From Eledone cirrhosa (Eukaryota), in contig OZ024742.1 of assembly GCA_964016885.1 (NCBI GenBank), positions 240,126,001-240,190,000 of the forward strand: DNA of 64,000 nt, given 5' to 3'. The notes under the pieces are model-generated. The model worked only from the letters and a program-made list of their open reading frames with translations. It had not been told where the DNA came from and made no database searches. Position numbers and translations under genes: made by a program. Positions 11,501 to 24,139 of the stretch are shown here, piece after piece. Within the stretch, counting starts at the first letter, position 1. Each line of letters begins with the position of its first letter.

Positions 11501-14294
11501 AATGCTATGAAGAAAATGTGATGATGGAAATGTAAAACTCCAAAGCAATTGAAATATACTGTGTTGTAGTTGTAGTTATGTTATAAATTCTTTTGATACC
11601 ATATTTCTATTGAAAAACACTGCCCCTGATTTTAAAATAATTTTCAAAATAATGAAGTATTTGGAAAGATTTAGTAGCATAACTAACTTTTTCATTATCA
11701 AGCTGGTGTTTGAGACAAAACCTAATAAAGGTTCTTACATAAAATTATGATGGAAGGTTTCAAGATAAATATAAACTCTTTTGATACCATATTTCTATTG
11801 AATAACACTGCCCCTGATTTTCAAATAATTTTCAAAATAATGAAGTATTTGTAGAGATTTGTCTGATGCTCTACTGATTGTACTAATCAACTGCTTTTCA
11901 TTTTACCATATTAAGAGCTTCAGTTTTGTCAAGGGCAGAACAACCTCTTTAGTGCCATAATAAAATGCACTGATTGTAAGCAATATGTGGTCCTGTCCCA
12001 TCTAGAAGGTCAGTAGTTTTGGTTAAGTATTCACTTGGTCTGTGACAGCACATCTAAACTATGCAGACATTAAATGATGATAATGATGAATGAATGATTC
12101 TGTAAATTCATGCTAAGTAGTACAATTGGGTTTCCTTTCTGAGATATACAACTCGTTAGTAAAAGGGAAGAGAGACAGCTGTCTTAGGTAGAGTAATTGG
12201 GAGATAGTAGTCTGGTTTCTAGACAACTAGTTAAGCAAGATGTTAGCATTTCAAACACAATCACTACTATACAACATTGTGTATATGGACACGATACTCA
12301 ATAGTGAAATGTCAAAGCAACAGATGGGATGTTTTGCAGTGTTTGTTCCAGCTCTATCCATTCTGAACACAAATCCCAAACCTTACCTTTTGTCACAAGG
12401 GAAGTAGTGATGTATCTGCCAGAAGTTGCAACTGATAGATAGTATCAGCAATAGAAAATTCCAGAATCCAGAGCCTTCTCATTCCTGTTGGAAGAACCCT
12501 TCCCTGTTCACTCAGTGGTTCCTATCTCTCACCACATTGGGCTTTGTGGCACCAAGTTATTGGGTCAGATTGCCTTGCCATCTTGCCTTTGGCCTCCTGT
12601 TTCATCTCCTCTGCCTTAGTGTCTGGTTGATGTGATGATCAGCTTCTTACCTTTTCTGTTGTTGTTTTTTTTTGTTGTTTTTTTTTCAGTAGATTAAGAT
12701 TTAGTGTTTGAAACCTACCAATAAATGTGTACTCAGATTTTTCTAATTATATGAAATATAGTTTTATGGGTGGGGTCTTTTTAGAATTCTGTTACATAAT
12801 TTTAATGTGCAGTGAAATGGCAGAATGTTGGATTGAATGGTATTCTGGTTCTCAGTGCTCAAATCCTGCTGAAGGGCACCCAGCTGTAGAAAACCTGCTA
12901 AAAGAGTCAGGAGGACTCATCAGTTGTGTCAAAGACATGGCAATCTCCATGGTGCTGTTGCCACAATAAAATGCACTTGATAGATCATGGGACAGTATGT
13001 AAACATGATGCAAGCCCATCTAAGAGGTCAGTAGCTCCGCTTGAGTACTGGCTTTGTCTGTGACAACCTGGCAGCTCTTTCTAACAGGGAGAAAAGACAT
13101 TAAATGGTGATGAACACTTTAAAACAAACAGTACTGTAAAGTAAAGGTGATTTGGTATCAAAAGAGTCAAGACTTTGGGGTTTCATTTCAGGGGAATTAG
13201 GGTGCTATTTCTAGCATATCAAGCAACCACATAGGTACTTCCTCATTAGCTTGATAGCAGTTTGTATCTTCATGTGGTGCCAATTTCATAATTAGGTACA
13301 GCCGTTGAGAGGTATGTGTGAATCTTTTCTCGGTGACACAACATTAGTAATGTAGGAGCCTCAACTTAAACAACTGCAAGTCATCTTATATGTATAACAG
13401 TATTTAAAAAAGAAAAAAGGAACCTTAGTCTTTTTTTTTTATTACTTCTGTCTTCTTACCTGTATCTGCTTTAAACATTTATTAGGTTCTACAAAGGGAA
13501 ATAAATCTGCCAAATGTTGATTAAACAAAAGCCCATGTTCCGTGACATGACTATAAAATAAATTGTTTGGTAAATATCGTTAACGTGTGTGTGTGTGTCT
13601 GTCTCTATCTGTGTCTATGTGTGTTCGCATTTCCAAACAGAAGATTATTAACAGAAAATTGTTTTTGAAGATTTTAAATTTATTTTATTTATTTATTTTT
13701 ATCCATGTAATTCACTACAGTGTATTCCTTTTCTAATATCTTCCTCTGTATTTTGTTGGGTTTCTTCATACACTGTGCTTTCTTAAGTGTTCTACTCCAG
13801 TGTGGGGAAGAGAAGGGGCAAACAAGCTTGTTTGTTCAACCTCAAACTTTTCTATCAATTTGAGTTTTGTCAGTCTTTTCTTTGTGAATGCTTTTCAGCT
13901 GGGAGGAGTATTATTCAAGAATAAACATATTGAAGTACTTAAAACAAAGGGATCGGGTTTTGAACGGATAACCTTTTCGTTACCAAATTTCTATGATTTT
14001 CAATTCATTTTGAAATGATTCAAAGATTTCGGGGGATTTGGTAAAATAACTAACTATATGACTATTGAGCTGGTATTTGAAACATATCTTAACATAGGTT
14101 CTTACATAAAATTGTGACGGAAAATTTTCAGATAAATATAAAGAATTTTAAATAAACTGTTTTGCATTGTATTGAATTATATAACCAGGGCCAGTTTTTA
14201 CATAGAATTATGAAGATTTTTAGATAAATATAAATACTTTAAAACAGTTTTGTATTGTAAAATCCTGGCCAGTTTCAGGCATATGTCTATAGAT

Positions 14295-14830
14295 AATAAT
14301 AATAATGAAATTATTGTGTACAGTGCTCAGGTGCACTACAACTCATCAAAGGTGCATGTATAGTACATAGAATAATGTACAAATGTCAGGAAAGTGAACA
14401 GTGTATGAGTCATGATATACATGTGCGTGTATGGAGCGGAGATATCAGGTGTAGTGTTGGCAAATTTCAGGAAGTATGGAGGTTTTAATCCTTTGGTGTT
14501 CAAACTGGCCAGAATTCTCTACCTCTTTCTGCTGATACTGGCTGTAACTGGTTGCTGAAACTGATGTTAAGGTATTGTTCTCAAAATAAATACTTTCAAA
14601 ATCTCATAGATTCGATATTATGTGAGGTAAATCCTTTACCATGAAAATATAATAGTATATATAAAATAAGGATGCAATGTCCCAGTAGCTAACAACTGAT
14701 GCAGGTAGTTTGTTCCATGCTTCTGCAACTCAGAGCGTGAAAAAATGTTTCAGAAAGTCATAGGAGCTGTGCTGTTTTCTGACTTTGTAGGCATGCCCAC
14801 GGATGTTAGACACATGGAATTCAAAAAGGG
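14295..14830 (-). mobile_element. CR1-clade LINE 3' end, interrupted by a partial family-1 MITE (about 14488-14665)
   Basis: Minus-strand RGHAYKVRKQHSS.DF.KHFFTL.VAEAWNKLPASVV and an (ATT)n tail. Same 3' end at 61120-61233 and 62340-62393. Confidence 0.8.
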
Positions 14831-15934
14831 TTAAGTAAATGTAGAAGATACAGTGAAAGAGATTACTCTATGTATTATAATTCTGTATGAGCAATGCATG
14901 GTCATCTGATCTGACTTGTCTTGCAATGGGACAACTTATCTAACCCATGCTAGCGAGCAAAATGGATGTTAAACAGTAATGATGATGATGAATATAACAA
15001 AAGAAACATTAAATCTTTTGTAATCTGTATTATATTATTGCTCTACTTTAAATAGTTAGTTTCTTTCTCCTAACTAAACATATAACAAGTATTTTCTAGT
15101 TAATCATTTAAGACCATATTTCCATTGAAATACACTGTATTTGAATTAAGATTTGGAGAGATTTACTAAAATTATTAATTATTTCATTATTAAGATGGTG
15201 TTTGTAAAATAACAAAAGGTTCTTACATGAAACTGTGTTGGAAGATTTTAATTTAAATAGAAACCCTTTAAAGTAGGTGGTTTTTGGCAGTAGGGGGAGT
15301 ATCAAAAGGATTAAATATCTATTTTCCCCAAAGAAAATTTGGAGATTTATTTAAATTCTCCACCTATACCATGCCACGGGCCTTCTTGGTGAGGTTGTAG
15401 GGGTCCTATCATGCCATACGGAATGTCATGAGCATTTTAAACATAGTGTAACCTATCCCGAGGTATAAACATAGCTGATTTCTTCTGGAGAAGAAGGAAG
15501 GAGAGAGAATGAGATATAGAAGAATCTACCCCAATTCTGGATTAGTACTTTATTTATCAACCTCAAAAGGATGAAAGGCAAAGTTGACTTTGGCAGGATT
15601 TGTAATTGGAGTACAGTGAGCTGGAACAAATACTGCAAATATTCTAATCTACATACTAATGACTTCTAACTATTTGCTACTTTTTAGAAAAAATATTTTT
15701 CTTTAATTAATATCTGTGTATACTTATGAATTGATTTTTATCTAATGCAGACATATATCTATAGCTAGTTGTATGAAATTATAATTACATATGTTTGCAA
15801 TAAACTGAGTTGAGATAGAGACTCTTCCTAGAAAAAACAAGATATAAAGAGGATAAGTTTATTTTGCTTAGAATAGCAAAAATCTTAACAGGGTGATGAC
15901 AAGTAAATTGATAAAAGATATTTAGTTTTCTATA

Positions 15935-16095
15935 CGGACGCCATGCTTTCCAGCATAGTTACGTTCCTTTACGATCTGAGTTCAAATCACGCCGAGGTTG
16001 ACTTTGCCTTTCATCCTTATGGGGTCGATAAAATAAAGTACCAGTAATGCACTGGGTAATTGCTGGCCTTGTGCCTAAAGTAGAAACAATTAATT
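15935..16095 (+). mobile_element. Family-B SINE, 5'-truncated
   Basis: Core and tail match family B. Confidence 0.85.
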
Positions 16096-17481
16096 ATTTT
16101 TACAAAGTTTTCTCTCTTTTTTTTTTAAACACTTTCATTACTATATTTCTAATAAAAGACACTACCAATGATTTTCAAATAATTTTGAAAAATAATCAAA
16201 CAATTAACCTTTTCTAATGAAAAACACTACCTATAATTTTCAGATCATTTTGAAAATAATCAAGAATTTGGAGGGATTATTAAGCTGGTGTTTAAAGTGC
16301 AACTTAAAGCTTCTTACACAAAATTATGATGGAGAGGTTTTCAGATAGATATAAACACTTTAAATGGTTTGGTATCATAGAACCAATGGGAAATTTTAGG
16401 CAGTTTGGTATCAAAATGGTTAAAGGGATTTTAATACAACTAATTTTTTTCATCATTAAGCTAGTATTTCAATCATAACTTAACAAAGATTCCTACATAA
16501 AATTATTTTTCTAAATAAATATAAATATTTTAAAATAAATATATCTTTTTTTTGTTTGTTTTGGGATTTTTTAGATGGAGGGGGTCATGTGGTTTTGAAA
16601 TCAAAAGGATTAGATTCCTGTTTTACACCCATTTTTCTTGTTAGTTTGGGTAACATGGTCTTTAAACATTTGTGTATTGCTAATCTTTTGATTACCATAT
16701 TTCTAATGAAAGACATTTCTATGGTTTTCAAATCATTTTGAAAATAACCTAGAATTTGGAGGGATTTAGTAATATATGTAACTTTCTCATTATTATGCTG
16801 ATGTTTGGAGTGTAAATTCCTTTCATAAAAATTATGATGGAAGATTTTTAGATAAATATAAACATATTATTATTGTAGAATCAGAAGATTTGGTACCAAA
16901 AAGGTTAAAGCAGTCAATTAAACAGCTTGAGACTCTTTCTACTGCTAATAGGAATAGAACCTGTTTGTCAGACAAACAGACAAAACTTGCATGTTTCAGC
17001 CAGGAATTATTCCTGCATCAAGCAAATACTGAACCTATACAAGGTACAATTGCACGCCACACACATATCTTGACTAAAGTAGCTGGTATCCATGCAAACA
17101 CTCTGAACTACTTTAAAAAAATAGATGTGTTCCAGTTGTTGGATCAGTGGAACAGCTTGCTTATGACATAAAAGTGTAATTAACAGAGCATTCTACAGAC
17201 ACATGCACTCATAATATAGTTCTCAAGGAGATTCAGCATGACACTATGCCAGACAAAGTGGGACTTTCAAGTTATAGGTACAACTCACTTTTGCCAGCTG
17301 CGTAGACAGGAGCAACGTGAAATAAAGTATCTTACTCAAGGACACCACATGCTGCCAGGAATCGAACTCACAACCTTGCAATCGTGAGCCAAAGACCCAA
17401 ACCACTAAACCACATGCTGCTTTACTCCTCCAAAGTATGGCCTTGTAGCAATCTTTGAAATCAATGCATTTACATGTTTAA

Positions 17482-17689
17482 CCCTTAAGCATTTAAACCG
17501 GCTGTATCCAGCCAGAATTCTCTCACCTCTTTCTGTTCAAGCCGGCCATAACCTGCTGCTCATATTTATGTTAAAGTATTGTTCTTAACATAAATAATAT
17601 CAAAATCTCATAGATTCGATATTATGTGAGGTAAAGCCTTTACCGTGAAAATACAATAGTAAATATAGAGTAATGTAAATGCTAAAGAG
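17482..17689. mobile_element. TTAA MITE, family 1
   Basis: Terminal inverted repeats and homology to 40299-40498. Confidence 0.78.
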
Positions 17690-20252
17690 TTAGACCATTA
17701 TATCTAACTCAGTTAACTCTATGGTTAGCTGTTAGTAGGATTAAATCTTAACTATTTAATAGAAGAAATAAACATTACAATTTCTATTTCTTTTTCTAGG
17801 AAATCATCATCATTCACACCATCAATCATCGTTTTACATCTGTGTTCCATATTGGCATGGGTTGCACAGGTTGTCACATTCTAAGGTTTTGACAGGTTAG
17901 CTGTCTATGTCTTGCTCATACATTCCAGTTTGGCATTGTTTCTACAGCTAGATATCCTTCCAAATGCCAACCATATTACAATATCTACTAGATGCTTTTT
18001 ATCCTGATACCAGTACTACCACTTTTCAGATTAGGCTGCATACATTTTATTGTGACACCAGCACTACTATTTTCCAGATTGGGCTTGGTGCATTTAATTT
18101 CAGCACCAGCAAAGTTGACTGGGTGAATTTTATCATTGCACCAGCACCACTACTTGCAGAGGCCACATTAGCACTAGAGTGATGTGAAAATTTCTAACAC
18201 ATTTTGAATCGTTTTTTGTTGTTTTTATTGGTAATTTATTAAAGCTTTGATCAATCAGTCGACAAGATCTCAGACCTTGTTCGCTTACCATGTGGGGTAG
18301 AACTCGTCAAATTGGACCAAGGAAACAATCTTTCCATTGGTTTCCCAAAGTGAAATAAAGTGTCTTGCTGAAGGATGTAACACCTTGCCCAATCCACGAA
18401 TCTAATTCACAACCCCACAATTGCAAATCCAATTCTCTAACCACTAAGCCAAGTACCTTCACAATTAAAGCTTTAAAAATAATTAACTTTCTTTTGTTTA
18501 TTATTGTTTTTCTTGTAGAAATAGAATATATATATCCATTTTTCAGTACATATCTTGAAGTAAAATTGCAGACTAAGTGAAACATAATCTTGTATAAATA
18601 GTCTCTCTCTACATGATCTTCATTTTTTAAATATTTGTTTTAAGATTTAATCTTATTTTGTAAGATTAAGTTGAAAAATGTTGATATAATAACCAAGTTC
18701 AGTTTTTTAAAAATACAAATACCAACAACAAAAAAACTTTAAAATATCTCATTTCAAGGTTTCAGAAACTACATAATTTATCAACTTGGTTTCTTACATT
18801 GCTCTGTTTTAGAGTTCTCAACCCTGCTGAAATATCACTATAGATTGGAATAGCAGAAGAGAAAACATACATTTAACAATTACTGCATAGACAAATTATT
18901 TTAGTTATTTAAAAATACACAAAAAATGTTACCTTTCTAAAGTCTAAAATCTATCCCCAAGCCCAGAGACTCATCAGGTCAGTGCATACCTGGTTTCTGT
19001 GATGTTAAGCAACTGAGAGTACAAGACACCAGTCCATTGCAAGGTTAAATCTCTAGGTATTGCTAGTACTCATTTTTAGCTGAGTATACTGGAGCAACGT
19101 GAAATGAAGTGTTTTACTCAAGAACACAACACACAACCCAGTCTTGGTGTCAACATTTTTGTCACTCTGTCTGTAACTGGATCATTGATACATTCCACTT
19201 GACCAAGTCTCAGATAGGGTTAAAAGAAAAAAATAAATTTAGTATAATATATAAGTAAAATAAAATAAACATGTAGGACCCTGAGATCTTGATGGTGCCG
19301 AAGGGACTCCGTCCTGATACATGACATGTGTTGGCTATTTTAAACCTGGCAGACAACCAATTTGATTCATAGAAAAAAAGAGAAAGTGATAAAAGTAGAT
19401 AGAGGGAAAATCGCCCCAGTACTAAATCGGTTCTTTATCATCCTTGAAAGGGTGAAAGGTAAAGCTGACTGTGCTAGGATTTGAACTCAAAGCAGTCAGC
19501 TAGAGAAAATAGCAAGGCAATTTTAAAATTGACAACCTAACAACATTGCTAATCCTTTGCCTTTAATAAAGTATATACCATTTAATTTAATTTCACCTCT
19601 GCCTACCCCTACCCCCTACCCCATCGCATCGTTTCTTCCCCTCTCTATAGAATTGTGGTGTGTATTTTAGTTATTTTTCACTTCTGCTGATTCTAAAAAT
19701 AGCAATCCAATTCTTCAAAATTCTGAATGTCACTTCAGTCATGGCAAGATTGACTGGAAGGGTGGTGAGAGGTGGTTTTATTATTGGAATAACAACAATA
19801 ATAATTGTTTCTACTTTAGGCACAAGGCCAGCAATTTAAAGGGATGGGGAAAGTCGATTAAATCTTACTGGTGCTTTATTTTATCGACCCAAGAAGGATG
19901 AAAGGCAAAGTTGGCCTCGGGAGGATTTGAACTCAGAATGTAGAAAGTCATAACTAAATAGCACACACCATTTTATCTGACACTCTATTGATAATAATAA
20001 TAAATTGTGTAATTTACATATGATGATGTAATAGTTTTTTTTTTTCTTTCTCTTTGAACCCTTAAAGAAAGTTAGCATATATATATATATATATATATAT
20101 ATATGGATGCGCATATGTATTTTTATTTTTACGTATATGTGCATGCATGTATACCTGAATCTGTGTGTATATGTGTTTTTTTCCGTTATTTTAATTCAGT
20201 CTCAGTTTCAGTTTTGATAGATTTTAATTTCAAATCATAACCATAACATAAA

Positions 20253-20326
20253 TATTTCCTCTGATGAGCATTCTGGACGTTTTTGTTAAGATCATCTAGT
20301 TTCCTGAAACCTTTGGTAATGAAATG
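20253..20326 (+). ncRNA. Candidate type-I hammerhead ribozyme motif
   Basis: atttcct-CTGATGA-(imperfect stem II)-GAAAC-ctttg-GTA-atgaaat. Stem I pairs 6/7; stem III is ACC/GGT. Confidence 0.5.
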
Positions 20327-21222
20327 ATTATATTGTGTTGTTCATTATGTAATTGAATATATATATATATACACATACACAGAGGGATGGGAAAATATGT
20401 ATTATTTATATATGTTCATACACGGAATAAAAGTGGAATCAGATGCAGTATGCAGGAGAGGAGATTGTGGTGGTATCGAGATCTCTAGTGTTATGCAGTA
20501 ATACAGAAGACCCACTTTCCCATGTGCACAGGTTGAAGCATACATCTAGTATGCAGCACCTTCCTTTCCATCTAACACCCACTCTAGATCTACCTCTCCA
20601 ATACCCACACACCTCCCCCAACCCAACTCCAAGTCCACACTTTAAAGTGGTCATTTTTGTCCCACGACAAAAAGCGTCCGTTCCACTGTAAATGTGGTTT
20701 GCATTAGGAAGAGCATCCAGCCATAGAAACCAGTTCTGTATCAGCCCAAATCAGTTCTGTATCAGCGAGACACAGTAATCAAATCTGGCTTGTCACAAAG
20801 GCACAACTCGTTTAACCCATGCTAGCATGGAAAAATGAATGTTCACCAGTGTTGATGATGATGAAATACATTATTTTACCTATCTGTGTATGTATATTAC
20901 TTTATTTTTTTACTTATTATTTTGTGTGTATGTGTCTGTGTATACATTTATATATACACTTCATTTTACCTAATCCTATCTGTATGTATATTACTTTATT
21001 TTTTTACTCGTATATATCAATTGAGAATGCTAATTACTGTCATCGAAGTTTTGTATTCTTTTTATTTTTCTGATTTCCAGAAACAGATCTGTCTATGAAA
21101 GTATAGACCATTTAACACCTAGGAGTATGTATTTAAATTTACATATTATTTGTTCTGTATATATGTACAAAATAGTAGTTTGTTTTTCAATTGATATATC
21201 CTGTTATATATTGTTTATACTC

Positions 21223-21260
<38 letters not shown>

Positions 21261-21291
21261 GAGTATAAACAATATATAACAATATATATAT

Positions 21292-21407
21292 ATATAGAAG
21301 AGCTTCTACATGACTAGAACTGTTTCATTCGTGAGAAATCAGCAGGAAGATTCCTAATGATTTCTCACGAATGAAACAGTTCTTGTCCTGTAGAAGCTCT
21401 TCTATAT
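21292..21407. repeat. Near-perfect ~116-bp palindrome; each arm carries a degenerate hammerhead core
   Basis: The arms are reverse complements with about 4 mismatches. Cores CTAATGA (+) and CTGCTGA (-) are each followed by GAAAC...GTC. Confidence 0.7.
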
Positions 21408-21492
21408 TAAAACTTTTATACTCTGCTATGTATTGAGTACCTTACTTACTGTGGTTACCTCCGATTCAACTCGGAATAACTTATCTCTCTCC

Positions 21493-21527
<35 letters not shown>

Positions 21528-21571
21528 CAATGATATTAAATAAATGGAAACTATATTTATAAAACCATATT

Positions 21572-21632
21572 TATTCTATTATATATATTTCAAGGGTACC
21601 AAAATTTTGGTACGCTATCATCAGATAAAATA
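21572..21632 (-). ncRNA. Candidate minimal type-I hammerhead ribozyme
   Basis: Minus strand: tattttat-CTGATGA-tagcgtaccaaaattttggtaccctt-GAA-ATATATAT-A-atagaata. 8-bp stem I (one G.U), palindromic stem II and palindromic stem III. Confidence 0.65.
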
Positions 21633-21698
21633 CGTGTTTTATAAATTTTGACATAACCAAGGAGTATATACCTTAACGGTTCAAGTTATCCTTGGATA

Positions 21699-21744
<46 letters not shown>

Positions 21745-21934
21745 TATATACACAAATGATATACAGCATTAAATAAATGAATAACTTTAAAGAAATAAGT
21801 ATTGGAGAAATGAAAAGTTAGAACCCAGGAGCTTGTGATTGGGAAGCAAACTTCTTATGGGAGAAACCTGACTGTGATATGAAATGCATTGTGTGTATGT
21901 TTGTGTGTTGGAATTTTAAAGAGTTACAGACTAA

Positions 21935-22205
21935 TTGGCAGCAAATTGGCAGAGTCGTAAAAATGTAAGAATGTCAGCTCTCTGCTCTCGGAGTTCAAAT
22001 CCCGCCGAGGTCAACTTTGCCTTTCATCCTTTCGAGGTCAATAAAAATAAGTACCCGGCTAGTACTGGAGTTGATTCTTCCTCTCTCTGGAAGAAATCTG
22101 CTGTACTCAGGCCTGGAGAGGGATGGGCTCCACCAGACTTAATATGCCTAAGAAACACCGTTTGTCTTTACAGCACCCCTACAACTCTATCAGGAGTTAT
22201 GGGAC
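21935..22205 (+). mobile_element. Family-B-related SINE with a long alternative tail
   Basis: Family-B head and core, then a tail also seen at 15385-15680 (-), 19270-19560 (-), 28660-28915 (-), 45770-45890 (+) and 55760-56040 (-). Confidence 0.65.
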
Positions 22206-22215
22206 CATATATATA

Positions 22216-22571
22216 TCATCATCATCATCATCATCATCATCATTTCATTTTACGTCCGCTTTTTCCCTGCTTGCAAGGGTGGGACGGGAACTGATTCTGG
22301 CTTGATTTCTACAGCTGGAAGCCCTTCCTAACACCAACCTCATTTACACTTAGTGCTGGGTGCTTTTTTGTCGTGGCACCTGCACGACCACTTTGCAGTG
22401 GAATGATAAGGACCCCAGTCCCTATCATCTCATTTCTACAGCTGAGTAAACTGGAGCAATGTGAAATAAAGTGTCTTGCTCAAGGAAACAACACATCACC
22501 CGGTCTGAGAATTGAACTCACAACCTTTCGATTGCAAGGCCAATGCTCTAACCACTAAGCCATGTGCCTCC
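22216..22571 (-). mobile_element. Family-A SINE, full length, in (TA)n
   Basis: Reverse complement of 7374-7711. Confidence 0.92.
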
Positions 22572-22959
22572 ATATATATAACAGAAACACAAACCCTCCA
22601 TCCCAATTTTACTTTTGAAAATCATAAGAACTGTGAAACCGGTAAAGTAAATAGAATTATATATTCTTAAAAGACTCCAGTTGCGTTTTCGATTTGTTTT
22701 CCTTATACTTTCACCTGTGTAGGACATCTGGTTTTTTATTTAAAAAAAAAATAATTTTCTTATATATATATATATATGCACACAAAAATACACATTGCAT
22801 ATTATGGTTGATATTTATTCATTTGTTGTTTATGTAGATTACACTGGAAATCATTTGACAATTAATAAGGTAGTTACTGTTATCACTTTTAAATGTCAAC
22901 GCAAGGGATCTCCTCCCATCTTCTCTCGCTTCCTCCTCACACTACAATCTCTTTTTTCA

Positions 22960-23460
22960 CCTCCCTCTCCATACACTTTACAGAGTCACCTCCCCCTTCA
23001 TCTTCATACATTGTACAGATCTACATCCACCTCCTCCATATACACATTACAAGCTCACCTCCCCCTCCGTCTCCATGCATTCTACAGATCTACGTCACCC
23101 TCCTCCATATACACATTAGAGACCCCCCCCCCGTCTTCATACATTGTACAGATCTACATCACCCTCCTCCCCATACACATTAGAGGCTCACCTCTCATCC
23201 CTCTACATGCATAATACAGGCTCAACTCCCCCTTCCCTCTACATACACACTTCAGGCTCGCCTCAACCTCCCTCTACATACACGTTACAGGCTCACCTCC
23301 CCTCTCTCAGTATACACACAACAGACTTCCTCCCCCTCATATATTCTACAGGCCCTTTTCTCACCCACCTCATGCACGTTACAGGTTTTCCTCCGCCTCC
23401 CTCTATATACACACTCCAGGTTCCACTACTCCTCATCTCTCCCAATACACACACTACAAC
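22960..23460. repeat. Degenerate C-rich minisatellite (~30-bp cctccatatacacattacaggctcac-like units)
   Basis: The unit recurs visibly through the interval. Confidence 0.7.
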
Positions 23461-23539
23461 CTCTCACTCCCACCTCTTGGGTTCTTACTGGTGATGCCAC
23501 TACCGCCATCAGCCAGTAATTAAAACATATAGTCACAAA

Positions 23540-24045
23540 CATGGCTTTGTGGTTAAGGAATTCGCTTCGCAGTCATGTGGTTCTGTGTTCAGTCCCGCTG
23601 CATGCTGCAAGACAGCTTGGGCTAACGTCTTCCACTATAGTTTTGGTTGAATTCTGTAGAAGCCCGTCCCATATGGTTAACGCATATGCTCGGCATCAGG
23701 GAGTTGCGGCGTTCGATTCCTCGCAAATGCCTCTGATCCTTTTTTCATCTCCTTTGCTAATTTACTTAATTTTCTCGATTATAATTGTTTGTGGTCGACT
23801 ATTATTATAGCCGTTTATGTTGGGACAACTACATTTCAAGTTTCATGTATGTGTCCGTCCGTGTCTGTGTTTACGCGTGTGCCTGTGTCTGTTTATGTCC
23901 CGTAACATAGCAGTTAGACAAAAAGGGATCGATAGAATATTTACCAAACTGAAAAGAAAATAGTGAGGACTGATGTGTTCGACTAAATTAAAGCATAGCC
24001 CCAGCATGGTCTCAGTCCAATGACAGAAACACGTAAAAGAATTAA
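23540..24045 (+). mobile_element. Decayed pieces of a third tRNA-headed SINE family
   Basis: Head tggctttgtggttaag...gttcagtcccgctgc; tail gatcgatagaata...ccagcatgg...aatgacagaaacacgtaaaaga. Confidence 0.55.
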
Positions 24046-24139
24046 AAAAACGTGTATAAGAAACCTCTAATTACATGTATATATTCACCACCACATTCTC
24101 CCCCGTTCAGTAATGCTCATCACTACCTTCTTTCCTTTC

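Noticed and set aside
22795-23494. Ser/Pro/Thr-rich ORFs
   Set aside because: They arise from the C-rich minisatellite; no splice or homology support.
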